Origin: Camelus dromedarius
Taxonomy: Eukaryota
Assembly (NCBI RefSeq): GCF_036321535.1
Contig: NC_087437.1
Location: 64,482,001-64,546,000 of the forward strand
DNA: 64,000 bases
Direction of reading: 5' to 3'
A program made the position numbers and the translations under genes. Shown here piece by piece: positions 15,201-30,200 of the stretch. How positions within the stretch are numbered: the stretch's first letter is position 1; each line of letters begins with the position of its first letter. The notes beneath the pieces are model-generated. The model was given only the letters and a program-made list of their open reading frames with translations, ran no database searches and was not told the DNA's origin.

Positions 15201-18200
15201 TGTCTGATTAGAATTTAGATTTGTTTACTTCCAAAGTATTCAAAGGTAGTGTCTAGATCCAGAAAAAAATTAAGTATGATCTAAAAATTCAGTTGGTCCA
15301 GTGATCTATGGACATCTCTTGGGTTGCTGGCCTTAATATGTTTAATTCTTGCACTATCATAGGACTTCTCAAACATTTAATTTCATCTACTGTTCTGACT
15401 CTAAGGACTTGGGAGAATGGCCTCTTATTATGGTTCTCCCATAATGCCGAGTCCAGTTACTCATCCACAGCTGATGTTCAGCAAATGTGAGCTGGTTGAT
15501 GAACTCTCTATGACCGAAGATGGTTCTGGTATTTCTGGTCCCAACTGTCCTACTCCTGGGGGGATGTGCTGAGTTCATTCTAACATACCCTTCAATTGCA
15601 TCTCATCCTGCCATTCTCCTGTTTACAGGACTACAACTGTACTTTTATATTATGTATTAAAATTTCTAAGTTCATATGAAAGAAAACTCTATAGATTAAA
15701 AGAGGGTTAAGAGATATGTTGACTCCATTGCAATATTTGGGTCTTATCTGGATTTTGATTCAAACAAACAAGCTATAAAAAAAACAAAAGAAAATATTTA
15801 TGAAACTGTTGAGAATGTGACCATCGACTTGATCGTTAATGACATAAAGGAATAATTGTTAATTTCTTTCAGGTGTGAAATAGTATTGTAGTTAGGTTAC
15901 TTTTAAAAAGGAATCCTAATGTCTAAAACAAATACTGAACTGTTTAAGGGTAAAATGTATATATGGGATCTGCTTCAAAATAATATGGGAGAAAGGGAAA
16001 TAAATGGAGGTAGAGATGAAGCATCGTTGTGAAGATGAATGGTGAAGACAAGGGATTTCATTATCCTATTTTGTCTACTTTTTTATATGTTTGAAATGTT
16101 TCTTAATAAGAAGTCAAATTTTTTTCTATATCCATAAATTTGCTTGAAATTTTCCATGCTACAACTAGTCCACACTACTCTTTTACTTTCCTGTATGAAA
16201 ATACATGAAAGAATACAACTTTTTAGACTAAGAATACACACATTTGTTAGGGCTCCGATGCCAAATAATGAGTAAGCATAAGACCGTACCTGAATATTTC
16301 CATGATCACTTGGGTGCAACAGAAAGCAAACCTCTTGTAAAGATTTCAGTTGATTCTTGCTACTGAATTTCAACACTTCTGTAGTGATTAATTCAGCAAA
16401 AACATTTTTAGGAAACCCCAAATTTCCTGTTCCTATTGCTGGAAATGCAATTGATCTTAAGGAAAAACGCTCAGTGATTTCCAAACATTCTCTGATTATG
16501 TTTTCCATGATCTGAAAAGCACAAGGCACATTCTTATACATTTTGCCTAGAAATGGCAATTTGAAAAAAAAAAAAAGAACAAGAAGTTAGCAACTTTGTG
16601 ATCTCTGTCTACTCCTTTTTGCTTTCAACAAAAGGCAGGTTAAGGGCAGTCAGAAGGGGAAAGAAAAATAAAGGATTAGATGAGGAAAAGGGAGTAAGAA
16701 TGTGTGAGACCCTCCAAAAAGATTCAAACTTGCTCAGCAATGAAGGACTGAAGCAAAGCAACTACTGCTCTGATCTTTCATTCTCTTCCATTCTTCGTGG
16801 CCTCACCTTGCCTTCCTCACTAAAGAGTGTTATCTTCAGTAACTCTTCCCCGAGCCCCAATAAATGGTTGAGCACTATAATAAATTTCTATTATTAACTA
16901 GTCCTGAGGAGAAGTCAGCTAGAGCTGAGAGAAATGGCCAGGATGATGGAACCTGCCAAGAATGTAATGCTATTCCAGAACAGAAACAGACAGGGGCCAA
17001 TCTACATTATACTGAAATCTACATTATACATTATACATTATACTGAAAGGAGAGTCCAAAGGGCTACCCAGTTTCCTAGAGAATTCAAATCTAGTTCCCA
17101 CCTTGTGTGAAGATGTGTTGTCACTTCTCCACTCCGGAGCCACCACATGAAGCACACGGCGGCAAGGCAGATTGCAGCCAGTGGTCTGGAGGACCGTGCC
17201 CGTGCCAGCAGACACCCCTTGTCCAGCAGTGTTCAATTCCTCCTGAAGCTTTGGCCCAGCTTTTTCTAAGAGGGCCTTGGAAAGGGGCCCTCTGTTGAGC
17301 TCAAGATTCGAGGGAATGGAGTTGACAACGACATCGGTCTTGAAGACAAAACCAACAGTTTGTTTCAAAGTCTAAGAAAAACATCCAACAAGGATTTCTA
17401 TATTTGAGCCACTGGGCTTGGCACAATGAAGGACAACTAAGATGATTAACTTTTCAGAGATTGAAATACCACCTTGAGACTAAGCGTTATTAGATACCTG
17501 TTTAAATAACCCTCCAGAACAAAAGAGAGTCGTCAAAAAGCAATGCATAAATGGCATGGGAACACTGAAGGCTCATGAAGACGCCATGAGGGATGTGGGG
17601 TCTGAGAGGTGGGAACAGTTGCAGCAGGCAGAGAGAGACAGGGAGGTCGTTCAGGAGGGGCAACCGCATGAACGGAAGCGTGGTCGATTGTGAGCAGCAA
17701 GCAAATTAGTTTGACCTGGATAGAGAGCTTCTGCAGCAAAATGGTGCCAGTCAGGCCAGAAATGGTACACTGAGGGTGGACTGCAGAGGGTCTCGGGTGC
17801 CCAGCCGCCGGGCCTGCCTGACAGCAGTGAAGAGCCAGGGAAGCTTTTTCAGCAGGACAGTTAAGGTGAGCAGATTAATCAGGCTTGACTAAGACACCAA
17901 GAGGAGACTGGAGAGGGAACGTGACCAAGTGACCTTCAAAGCTGCCCCGCGTGGGTCACAGAAGAGTGATGTGAAGCAGGTGCTGTAGCATCAGAAGCCA
18001 CAAATCTATGGGAGTGAAAGGCATGGAAGGAATGTCTTACTGTTAGTGTTCAAGGTGGACAGGGATCAGAACTCATTCCAATTACTGACCCTTGGTCAAA
18101 AGAGTTTTTTTCTTTATTTGTTTAGTTTTTAAAATGAGACACAAAGTTACTTTCACTATTTTGAAATAGTGCAATGAACATCCCAATCCTGGCTCTGTCA

Positions 18201-21200
18201 TTTGTTAGCTGTGGGACTTGGGCAAATCACTTAACCCCTCTAAATCTCATTCCTTCACCTGTGACATGAGAATAATAACACTCCTGGAATCTGCCCCACA
18301 GCATTGAATCAGAAAATGCATCCCAAGCACTTAGCATAGTGCCTGGCGCAGAGCAAACAGGCAGTGTTCACTATCATTCTTGTAGTCGGGATTTAAGCTT
18401 ACTGTAAGTAGAAATCTAATTTTTTATAGTCTCTTTCCGTATTTTAAACTAAAACAAAAATTATTTTAAACAAACTAACAACTTGAACAACAACAAAAAA
18501 TGAGATGATCCACAGGATGAGAGAAAATATTTGCAAATTATCTATCTGGTAAGGGATCTATATCCAGAATATATATAGAAATCTTAGAATTCAGTTTCAG
18601 AAAAGAGAACCCTATTAAAAAGTGGGCAAAGGATGTGAACAGACTTTTCTCCAAAGAAGATATGCAAACGGCCTTCCCTAGGAATCCCTGCCCTAGGACT
18701 GCCCACAGGCCCCCAGCTGAGGACGGCACACTTGGCACAGCAGGGGGCTCCCAGGGCTGTTCTGACTAGTCAGAGTCTGTGTTGAAAAGGTTGCTAAATA
18801 CCTTTTTAAAAAAACATGTCACCCCCCCCACCTTGGCAGACCTACAAGAATTGTCCCTACATAATACCCAGACTTTGCCGGGTCCACTTTCTACCTCTCC
18901 CCACATTTTCTTACTGGCATTGGGTGATGATGGTGCCTCAGACTCAGTGCCCCCTGGTTCAATGCCACTGACAAAATTCCTGTCCTCTGTCCCCATCTCA
19001 TGCTCTAATTTTTCTGTATCTGCAGTAAATTTGACAAGTAATTAACCTGAGATTTGCCAACATATGACAGGTGTCAAGGCACTGAAAGAGTGTAGAGCCT
19101 TGACCATGTAAGGTATAATTGTGAATTTTCACATTTCCTGGAAATTAGTGATCTGAATATGCTATCAGCTCCCACAGATCATTGGCCAATCTCGACTAGT
19201 GAATGCCTGGGGGAAGTAGCCCAGTTTTCTAAGGAAACCTGTTTCGAGGCAGGGATGGAGGGTGTGAGATTCTCCCCTGGATATTAATCGCCCTTTGGCA
19301 ACAGGCTCCCTGGAGGCCCAGCCCCCGGGGTGGGTGTTCTGTACATGGGGCACTCACTGTGGCACTCTGCACATCTCCTTTCACCAGAAGGATCCTCAGG
19401 CCTTCTGGGGACAACAGGCTGGGTGTGTTTCCATGATCTCTGCTCAAGCTGGGCTGGACTGCTGCTGGCAAAGTGGGCAGGGAAGCAGCATCAGACAGGG
19501 TGCTTTTAAATATAGTTTTTGCACTTTCAGCAAAGGCCTCAACGGTCTTCTCAGCTACATCCACAAGGTAAATCTCTTTCAAGCTGCATCCAGCCCAGGT
19601 ATACTGGAAACATTCCTTGATCGCCAAAATAATGGTCTCCACACACTGAGGCAAGGGAAAGCCAAAGGCCCTGGAACTGATGGCAGGGAAGGCTATCGAC
19701 TGGTACTTGTGTTTTACAGCCAAATGGAGACTTTCTCTCACAGCTCCCTTCAACTGCCACATACAGTTCAGGGCCTCCTCTGTCTTCCACTGGGGCCCGA
19801 CTGCGTGGATCACGTGGTGGTATGGGAGCTTTCCTGCTTTTGAGATGACGGCCCAGCCAGGTGAGATCTTGCCCTTTGTTTTCTTCACTATCTGGTCACA
19901 GTCCTCTTGGAGCTCAGGGCCAGCGGCTTTTGAAAGAGCAGCAGCCAGGCCACCTGTGAGCTGGAGGTCTGCACTGGCCGCATTCACCACCACCTCAACG
20001 GGAAACTGCGTCAGGTCGCCCTGCTGCACGATCAGCGAGACCCCAGGGGCCAGGTCTGTCCGAAACAAGCACCGCTGCCCACCAGTGCTGCCTCCCTCCT
20101 TTTCTTCATCCTTCTGGAGTTCAATAAGACAACCAAATAACCTTCTGACCTCACTTTTGTAATACCGTGCTTTGTCCTGGAAGAACTGACCGGCTCCTGG
20201 CTTGTCAATATGGACGCTTTTAACGCAGACCGAATCCCAGGCTTGTTTGACAAGGTCCATTCCCTCCAGAACTTCGGCCTTTGAGCCAGTTAGCAAAATG
20301 CCCTTCTGCTTGTCCTTAGGATTGAAACTTACCTGAACATTTACCTTCTTGATCTTTTGCCGGAATAGCTTTTCTGTCCTTAAATAATCAATAACTAAGG
20401 AAGGCTTTACTTCAATCAGTTTCTCTATTTTCATGTGTTTTTCCACAAAGGCAGAAACCAAGTCATGGATTTCATTTACTTCTTTCACACAGCCTGCGAT
20501 GACGACCTGGGCTGTGGTTCCTGAAGTTACCTCATCAATGATGACAGTCTCTGAGGAGGAATTGTATTTCTTATGCAGATTGGAAGTGAGCCCTCTCCAT
20601 TTCTTGCCATTAAGAACTTCCCTGTCCTCAACTTTGATGAGCTTGTAATCTAAGGCACTGATCATTTGCTTTTCGGCTTCTAACAGGACTTCAGTAGAAG
20701 AGCCGGTTAAGAGAACAGTTGTGCCCTCTAGCTCATAAATTGCAAGAATATTCTGTGTTATAAAAAGAGACTTAGAGAATTCCACACAGTCTACCTGTTG
20801 CAGAAACTGGAAAACCTCAGGGGGAAGCTGAATCTTTTTCTGACCCATGGTGTATACCTTTTCCTGAATTTCACACTTCACTTTATACACATCTTCAGGG
20901 AGTCCTTTGAAGCACATGTGTTGAGAAGCTTCATCATAATAAAACTCCATCTCTGGGCACTCGGTGCGGAGATGCTCCTGTACACCACTGTGCAGCAGAA
21001 GCGAATACTTTCCTGGAGGAATGGCCAGTTTTTGCTTCAGACTTTGCTCTTCTCTTTTAATTTTTTGAGTGGTACTTTCTATTAAGTCCTTGATGTGTGG
21101 CTCAGTGTTTTGTACATCCTCTGACTTCCCCACTAAGGTTACCATCCCTGTGAGTGCATCAAACTCAATCAAAATCCTATCATCTTCTAAATCGTTTTTT

Positions 21201-24200
21201 ATGGCATCCCACACCACTGGCTCCACTTTAAACGGGGTCACTTTATATTTAGACTTGATGCCAGAGAAAACTGTGGAAACATCTTTCCGCCAGGTCTTAA
21301 CTCTTAGTCTCCCTTGACTGGCTAAGGTGGCCGTAGGTCTGATGGTCACTTCACCACTGAGTTGGCACCATGTTAGCTCACAGTGACAATGTTTCACTTC
21401 ATCATTTATCTCCTTAGTCAGGTAATTCTTTTTCTCAAAGAACTTCCATAAGGAAGGATCCAGTGATTCTTTGAATGGTGCTGGAAGCTTGATCAGAGGC
21501 TTCTCCTTTCCATACAAAGCTGTGCCCAAAGAGGCATAATACGGGAACACAGAGAGTGGCATATTGTTGAGGTCAAGTTTCCTGGTCAGGATGGTGTCTA
21601 CCACTTAAAGGAAAGAAATTAAAAAAAAGTAATCCCAGTGTAATATGTTTCAGATGCAAAAAAAACAAGCAAACAGACTTTCCTATTCTAAGGGAAAAAA
21701 ATCCCCATGTTTGTAGAACTCTGATGTTACCACATGCTGTTAAAAAGTGGCACTACTCCCAGAGCACTTAAAAGTAAACTGATGTGTATTACCAGTGCAC
21801 AGGTATCCCTTGTTTCATGGAATGATTACTTTCCAGCCAAGAACACTCTAGGTTGAAATTTTGTTACAGAAATTCTATTTTCTGTGTGTCTGATAACACT
21901 GATACACCACCACCAGGTTAAGAAAGAGAGTGGAGTTTGGTCACAGTGTGGGGAAATGTTTGCCACAGTGTGAAGAATATTTCTGTGCTCAGAGCAAAGC
22001 TCATCGAGGAGTCACACTATCTGCTTCTTGTGCAGCCACACGGTTTTAGATTTCATAGATGACCTAGATGCCATTAACACTCCTAAGGGGAGGCGCATAA
22101 TAGGAATTACCATAGCTTACCGTGTGTCAGACAATATTCCAAGTGGTTTACATATATTTAACCCTCACAACAACCCTTTGAGGTAGAGACACTATTATTA
22201 GCATTCCTATTTATAAATGATAAAGCTGAATCTAGTAAAACTTAGGTAACTTGAATAGGGTCATGCAGACTATAAATATCTGAGCTAAGATTCAAGTCAG
22301 TGTCTGTCTGACTCCAAAGCCCTTGTCCCTCTACCATGGGTTCCAAACCAAGATGATCCTCACAGTCATCAAACAGCCCAGCCCCAGATTCAGTACGTTC
22401 TGCACCTCCCTCATCCCTGCTCTAATCCCCTTCCTGCCACTTTCACTGGGACAGTCGCACGTGCCCGTGTGGGTGTGGGTGTAGGGGTACTCCTCTCCCC
22501 AAAGCCCCTTTTCACTTTGTGTTAGTTATAAGACAGATACAAGAGGTCTAAGCAGGAAGGGAATCAGAACGAACCTCAGTAACAACTCAGATTAAAATAC
22601 CACCTTGTGAAAAGTTGTTAAAAATAACTTCACCTTGTATGTGATTGGTTCCTAGGCCTGGAGCCAGACCTAATGAAAAGAACGTGGCCTTCATAGGCCC
22701 AGACACATGGTTCCAAGGTCCCACCATGGCCTGGAACAGGCTCTGGGCCTGGGCAGCACCACTGAGTATCCACCATGTGCCAAGCACTCTGCAGGTGCAA
22801 TTTCATTTGATCCTCACAACAAGATTCCTCTGCAGTAAGTAGTAATGTGAGCCCCCTTTTACAGGTGAAAAATAGAGGTTTGGGGGGTGCAAGGAACCTC
22901 CACAAGATCACAAAGCTAGTAAGCACCAAACCCAGGAATGTGAACTCAGGTCTGTCTGACCCAAGAACCATCACAGATGTCACCTTAATGTGTCTTACAT
23001 TCTCCATCCTGTTTCCTCCTCTGTTTTAAAAAAAAAAAGTATATAACCATGCAGGTTATTATGAGTATTTGGTGAGATACTGTGGCAGAAAACACAGCAA
23101 GAGATCTCATACATAACAGGCATTCAATAAGAGTTCCCTTCCTTGAGACTGTGAATCAGATTTTGTGAAGCTGGACCGAATAATTTCAGAGTAAAGTGCC
23201 TAATTTATTCCTCTCAAATAATCTATATAAAATACAATATTGCTAAATAAATTCTGGTTTTAATCCAGCGTTATTTACATTTTCCTCATTACTGGTAACT
23301 CATTGTAAGTGATGAAATATCCTACAAGAAAAATTAATGTTATAGATGAACAGGAGATTGGGGAAAAGTGCAGAAGTTAGGAGCACAGATTGTGGGGCCA
23401 GGCTTCCCAGATTCAAATCCTGGCTCTGTCCCTTACTAGTTGTGTAACCTTGGTCAAGTTATCTGACCTTCCGTGCCTCAGTTTCTTCATTTATAAAATA
23501 GGGATGACAATAATAGCAATGTCCCTAAAGCACTGTCTGTGAATGCACTTGGTAGCACCCTTCAGAGCTATGCCAGTGTAAGCCATAATTATAAGGCATA
23601 GCCAGAGGGAGAAAGGGAAAGTCAGGGTATCTCAGACCACGGAGAACAGGGAGTGAACATAGAGGAGGAGGCGTGGTCAACACAGTCCGATGGTGCAAAG
23701 AGGTTAGGGCAAAGGGCAATGTGAGCCTGCCTGATGTTCACAGGTGCTGTTCTAGCCTAAAACACACCTGAATTTAAAATTTCCTACTATTATTCGTACA
23801 CATGTAACATAGACATTCTGAGGACATACCCAACTGCCCCATGCCCTTGACATGTTTGAAAGCCCCAAAGTTGTCAGCTCCCACCATAAGCTGGGAGGTT
23901 AACTTCTAGAGTGGATAGCTTTACATAACTCTCTCCTCAGGCCCAAGGCTAGGTTAAGAGATTTAAAGAACACACAACAGATGCTCCTTTTTGTCTCTTT
24001 GCCCAAGGAACAGTAGGTTTTTCATTCCATATTAATCCAAACCATACCTTCTCTGCCATTTCCCCAGCTCATCAAAACTGAAGGAGGTTCTTCCAAGTAC
24101 CCCCAAGAAAAAATTTATCTCAGGTGGTTGGCATACCACAGGATCCTGCCTCATGCACCCTCAGTCACAATGTTCTTTCTTTCCCTAAGAAGTCTGACTC

Positions 24201-27200
24201 CCTAATTCCTACTCCTCAGTCTTGACTTCCGAACATCAGTGGAATTTCCAAGCTGACCTCGCACATGCCTCAGAGAACTGGCAATCTATGTCTACGAAAT
24301 CCTCAGAAGTGTTTCCCTAAGGTTCAATTGGATGTGGTTTTCACAGGGTGATGCCAAAGAACAAGCCAGCAGTCATCCACTGATCATGTGAAACTGCCCC
24401 TGTTAATTTCTGAATGATGACACCGACACTGAAAGGGGAAGTCAGTGATACTTCATGGGAATTGTATGTGTTTCTGAGTATTTCTTTACCTAACCTTGTT
24501 GAAATTAACTTGAAAATCTCTACCGAGTGTATAGCTAAAACACAGGCCACCTCTGTTTAAATACAATATCTCAAATACTCTAAGAATTAAATATTTTTCA
24601 GTCCATAAGTAGAGACTCATGAGAGAATCTCCTTATAGCTTTCAAAAACTTGATGTTGCTTCTCTAAAGTTTGAATCACTGGATTCATTAAGCATCATAT
24701 ACCAGGTAAACAGGATTACTAGCTGGATTTCCAATAAAATATATGAATAAAAAATAAAATACATCAGAATTCAACTGAGAACTGTTAAGATCTGCTAAAA
24801 TGGCTTAGATTATGCCAGTTAAGGTTGACAAAATCAGGCTAATAGATATTACCTTTTCTGTCAAAAAATTCAATCAGAGATGAACTCTCTTCAGGAAAAC
24901 ATTCAATGTGGGCAACTCTTCCCCCTCCATTATGGGGATTTTCAAATAAACATTTCAAATCATCGTCATCAACACCAGGCGGCAGGTTTTCCACCCTGAT
25001 TGTTTTTGTCACTTCCAGGAGTCTTGCAGAAAGCTGAAACTTTTTCACTGAATGGTATGTGGCACAGTCATCAACAAATTTCACGGCATCTACAAACAAT
25101 AATCAATTAATCAATCAGAAAATTATGATTATATCTTTATGTTATAGAGAAGAAACTGTCTATTAATTGAGATAAAGGGGGAGGCTAAGCACGTGATTTT
25201 TAAATGGAAGATTTTAATTCCCACATGAGATCCTACATGCCTAAAGCTTCCAGTCTCCGAACGGCAATGCACACAGGAATGTCTTACCTAGATCACTGAC
25301 ACTGAGCTGAGTCCCTGCCCTGACCCAGCCCTCTCCACTACCTGCCTGGCACCACCACCTGAGTGCTCTCTCTGCAGTACAAATCTCCTCGTTTCACTTG
25401 CTCCCCACTGTCTGCAGGTATGGGTCACACTCCTTAGCCAGATTTACAATGACCTTGGCTATTTGACTCCCAACTGGTTTCTAAACATCACCTCTGGTTA
25501 TTCCCTACCATTCACTTTATTTCCCATATTGCCACAAAACTAGTCATTATTTTGAAAACTCTATTCTCCTTTGCCTTTGTATATACAATTTCCTGTGCCG
25601 AAAATGCCCTTCTCCAGTCTTTTTATTTTTTATTTTATTTTTTTTTTATCCTGGTCCTGTCCTTCCTTCAGGACTCAGCCCAATTATCTCTTTCAAATTA
25701 ATAAATATTGGTAGTGGGCCCATGATATACCAGGCACTGTACTAGGATCTGGGGATAGAGAGATGAATATAACCATTCCTTGAAATCTCACCATCCAAGA
25801 GGCAGGAAGTCTTGAAAGCAAACAAATATTCTACTTGGGGATCAAATGACTTGGGAAGACTAATACTGGGAAATCAGATAAGGATTCCCAGAGTAAGTAG
25901 TCATTGCTCTGAGTTTTGAAGGATGAAGAGAGTTTGCCAGACAGATCAGAGAAGGAAACATTTCAGGCAGAGGGACCAGCAGCGGCATGAAACAACAAGG
26001 CACATCTGAGATCTAACAGCCTGAGACTGCTGGAGTATGAACTTCAAGAAAACCAAGCCACCATGTTTGGGTCCCCTTTCCTCCCATTCTGCACAGCCTT
26101 CTGTTCACAGCTGATGGAAGCAGCTTCTCCTCTTGCATCTTCATTATTCACTTACATATGGGTTTCCTCCCTACCCCATAGGAGTTCCTTGAGACCTGGA
26201 ACCAAGAATTATTCATCTCTGTATGTATCGCACCTAGACAAGTGTCTGGCACATAGTAGGTATTCAAGATCAAGATTTTTGATCAATAAACTAAAGCAAG
26301 TCAACTTAGTTTTCCCTTTATAAGAAATAATCATAAATTTGAGATAAGAATAGCTCCCATTATTGAGTCCTTACCACGTGTCAGGTACAATGTTAAAGGC
26401 TTTTCAAACATCATCTCATTTGATCTTCATGGAAACTGTTATCAGTAGGTATTATTGTCCCCATTTTATAGATGAGGAAAGTAAAGCATACAGAAGGTAG
26501 TAACTTGGCTAACCTCAGATAGTTAGTTAAACGGTGGGGTTAGAATTCTGACTGCATGACCTGTGCTCCTAATCAGCCACTCCACTGCCATGGCCATGGG
26601 CTAGTGAGGGCTCGGAATTGGAAAATTTCCTTGTCTTCCGGAGATAACTCTTCCATCATCTCAGAAACTGTCCACAGACTCCTCACACAGACTTAAAGAG
26701 CACCCATTTTCTGCACCACATGCACTTACTCACCCCTGCACAGGTGACGGCCGTGGAAGTACTAAGGAAATATATGGTCAAGGGGATAAGAGAAGAGACT
26801 GTATAGAGGTGGGCCACCTCGGTTCAAATCCAGTGCTTCCATTTATTAGCATCTCTGTGTCTCTGTCTCCTCAACCATAAGGTGAGGAATAATAATAATA
26901 ATAATAAACTCAAAAGATTGTTGAGAGGGACAAATAAATCAATACATGGAATAAGCTTAGTGTAGTACCTGACTTATGGTAACACTATGTGAGTGTTTGC
27001 TGTCATTATTGCTACCCTCCAGTAAGCCCAGTTTAGTAACACAGATCAATATTTACTCCCCACAATGGGATAACATATGGGAAAACACTGACTCCTCCAC
27101 TGGGAATCACTTTAATAACCTGAGACTTTAGATTTCTATCTGGGTGCATTATCTGTGTGTTTCTGTCTCTCTCTTTCACACGCGCGCGCACACACACACA

Positions 27201-30200
27201 CATGCACACACACATAACACATACAGTAAAGCCTGATTTACTAAACATACCAGAATTTGGTTTCAAAACAAATTTGCTTCTCTTTCAAAATAAGAAAGCG
27301 CCTGTATTAACTTGGAGGCCTCTCTTACTAGCAACTAGAAAGAGTCAAGCTTTCACCCTAAGCTGGGTGTCCCAAATCCCAAAGGGTAGCACAAAGAAGG
27401 CTGGCAAATGGAGCATCAGTCGATCTTACCAAAGTATTTTGGAAAGGTAACTACAGCAACATTAAAGTCCCTTATTAATTCCACTTGAAAGTCATCACTG
27501 GACAGGCCGCTTATGTTCTCAACTAACAGGATTAATATCATATCAGTGATATTTGCCATGACATTTTCAAATGCAACCAAAGAGGAAATGTTTTCATGTT
27601 CTTTGGGAGCATTCTCCACTTCTTCTGATCTTCCGTTGAGAGAGAGATCTGCGTCTAGTTCTTCTGATACATCTGATTTTAGGGAGACAAAAAGGGTACA
27701 AGATGTTACATTCATCTACCATGTTCTTAGCAAAGTAAATCACCATGAAATAATTCCACTGCCATCTTCCCTTCCTGATCTCTTGGCTAACTCAAATAAA
27801 AACAGATCATAGAAGACTTTTTGCTTAATTTAATTAAAAGTTAAAATAGCTTTTAAATCTTACTGTGATGCTGATGATGATTATGTTAAATTTTATTATA
27901 CTCTTTACTGCCTCATTTCCCTGAGGAACCTGCCTTATTTTTAATAGCACTTGACATATATTTCTATCACAGCACCATATTACAGTTATTGAACCAAGCT
28001 TCTCAAAAGCAAGGGACATATTTATTCATCTTTGTATTGCTCTATTGCTGGCACATGGTATACAGCTGAGGCTCAATAAAGTTGAGAGACTTACTGCTTA
28101 GGCCACTGGAGGAAAACAAGATATCCTAAAATGCCCAAACATGGGCATCAGCTAACACATTTTGCTCTGAAAGCAGTAAGTTTCCATCACTGAAGAGGAA
28201 AAAGGACACTTTGCAGTGAATGACTAGGGTATACACATGGAAGATAAAATGGCCCAGAGAATTATGCGTTTACCTCAAACTCGCTCAGCAGTAACCACCC
28301 CAGTCAGCTTGTTCGTCTCCATTGTTGACTGTAAGTGAGTTACATACACTTGTGATGAAGCTTGAACAACACGGGGTTAGGAGCGCCAACCCCCTGCACA
28401 GTCAAGTATCTGTGTATAACTTTTCACCCCTCACAAACTTAACTACTAATAGCCTACTGATGACCGGAAGCCTTATCTAAAACATGAGCTGCTGACTAAC
28501 ACATATTCTGTATATTGTATGTATTATACGTACATCTACATATATTTTATGCATTCATGACATATCTAACTTTTTCTTAATTTGTTTGATATTTCTAGGC
28601 TGTGCAGTTCATCCATGAGTTTTTTCCAATGGTCACAAATTTTCAAAAATTTTTCAAATATATTTATTGAAAAAAAATCCATGTATAAGTGGACCTGTGC
28701 AGTTCATACCCGTGCTGTTCAAGAGTCAACTGTATACAGACGGTCAGTGTCACTCTGTGCTTGTCCAGTGAAGCATGATGGATATGTTGTGATCTTTAGA
28801 CATCCTGTGAACAACTATTCAATTGGAGCCGTTATTGTGTTCAAGGCACTGGATGTGTGTGGGGGGGTGCACACAAAAAACATTAGATAAGGAACTTACA
28901 GATTTTCTGGTGGAGCTATACAAGGAAAATGAGAAAGGGAACTGACATCTGTAAATGTTTATTATGGCGGAATAACTGTTATGTGCTCATCAAATCCATT
29001 TTGCTTTCCTCCTAGACAACATTTCCCAGACTTCCTACTGTTCAGTTCCTACAGTAGAGTTCCTGTGGCTAATGGAATATGGGTGGAAGTAGTGAATTCC
29101 ACTTCCAGGCCTGGCCAATCAAATCCCCTTTATGTGACTCTCCATTCTCTCTTGCAGTGACCTTGGAGGCAACATATCAAAGACAAAGGTGTCACAAAGA
29201 TGGAAAGAGCCTGGATCCTGAACAACTGTGTGAAGCAGTCCCCCCACCACCCTGGCTGCCGACTGTACTGAACTGTGATTTGGGGGGTTGTTACAGCAGT
29301 GAGATCACACTGACAAATACTCCTTTTAAGTGATTGATGTGACACCACACACACTCCTGCCAAGTAAAAACAGCCTAAGGTTTCGATAAGAACACAAAGT
29401 AGCATTCATTGAGATGGGTATGACAAAACAGAATGCCCACCGAGCTTGGAGGGGAGCTACATGAGTTGAACCCCCGACCCAGCCACTCTTTAGCCATGTG
29501 ACCTCAGCACGTCTCTTAAGTATAGAATGAGAGTACTGGACTAAGTGAATGGAAAGAGCCTTACCAGCAATACAGTTGTTTTTTTTTTTAAACCAGCAAT
29601 ATAGTTTTATAACCCCACGACTATTAGAAGCTTCATCACAAGAGAGGCTTGGTTAACTGCCAAATAAAGAGTATCAACAATCAAGCCAGGAATCCAAAGA
29701 AGGGAGAAAAGGGGTTGGGTTGGCTTGGAAGGCTTCAGACAAGAGGAGGAACCTGAGTAGATCTTGAAGGCTATCTAGAATTTAGGTAGAGAAAAGTAGG
29801 GTAGAGGGTGTTATGAGCAACAGACGTAGAGACAGAGTGCCGGGGCTTCACCAAAACTATTTAGGAAATGGCAACTTGACAGATGAAGTTCAAGGAGCAC
29901 TTATGTGCAGGGGTGTAAGAAATGAGGCAGAAAAGTCAACTTCATCCAGAATGTGGTCTGGACTTTATCTTGTAGTTGGTGTTAAGGTGGGCGAGTCATG
30001 GAAGGTTTCTGTGAAAAGAATGACAGGATGTTGAGCAATTGTGCAAAGGACTGGTCAGATTTAAGGAGGAGATACACAGAGACCAAGCAGAGTGTACCTG
30101 CCACGTTGGATCTGTGATGTAATACGGGGACTGGTGTGAGGGAGGGATAGATCAGGAAAATTTTAAAAGATTTTTGTGAAGTCTCTTTGACGAACATATG

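Noticed and set aside
19295..21317. Several plus-strand ORFs of 71-182 aa
   Set aside because: They are antisense shadows of PARP14 exon 6.
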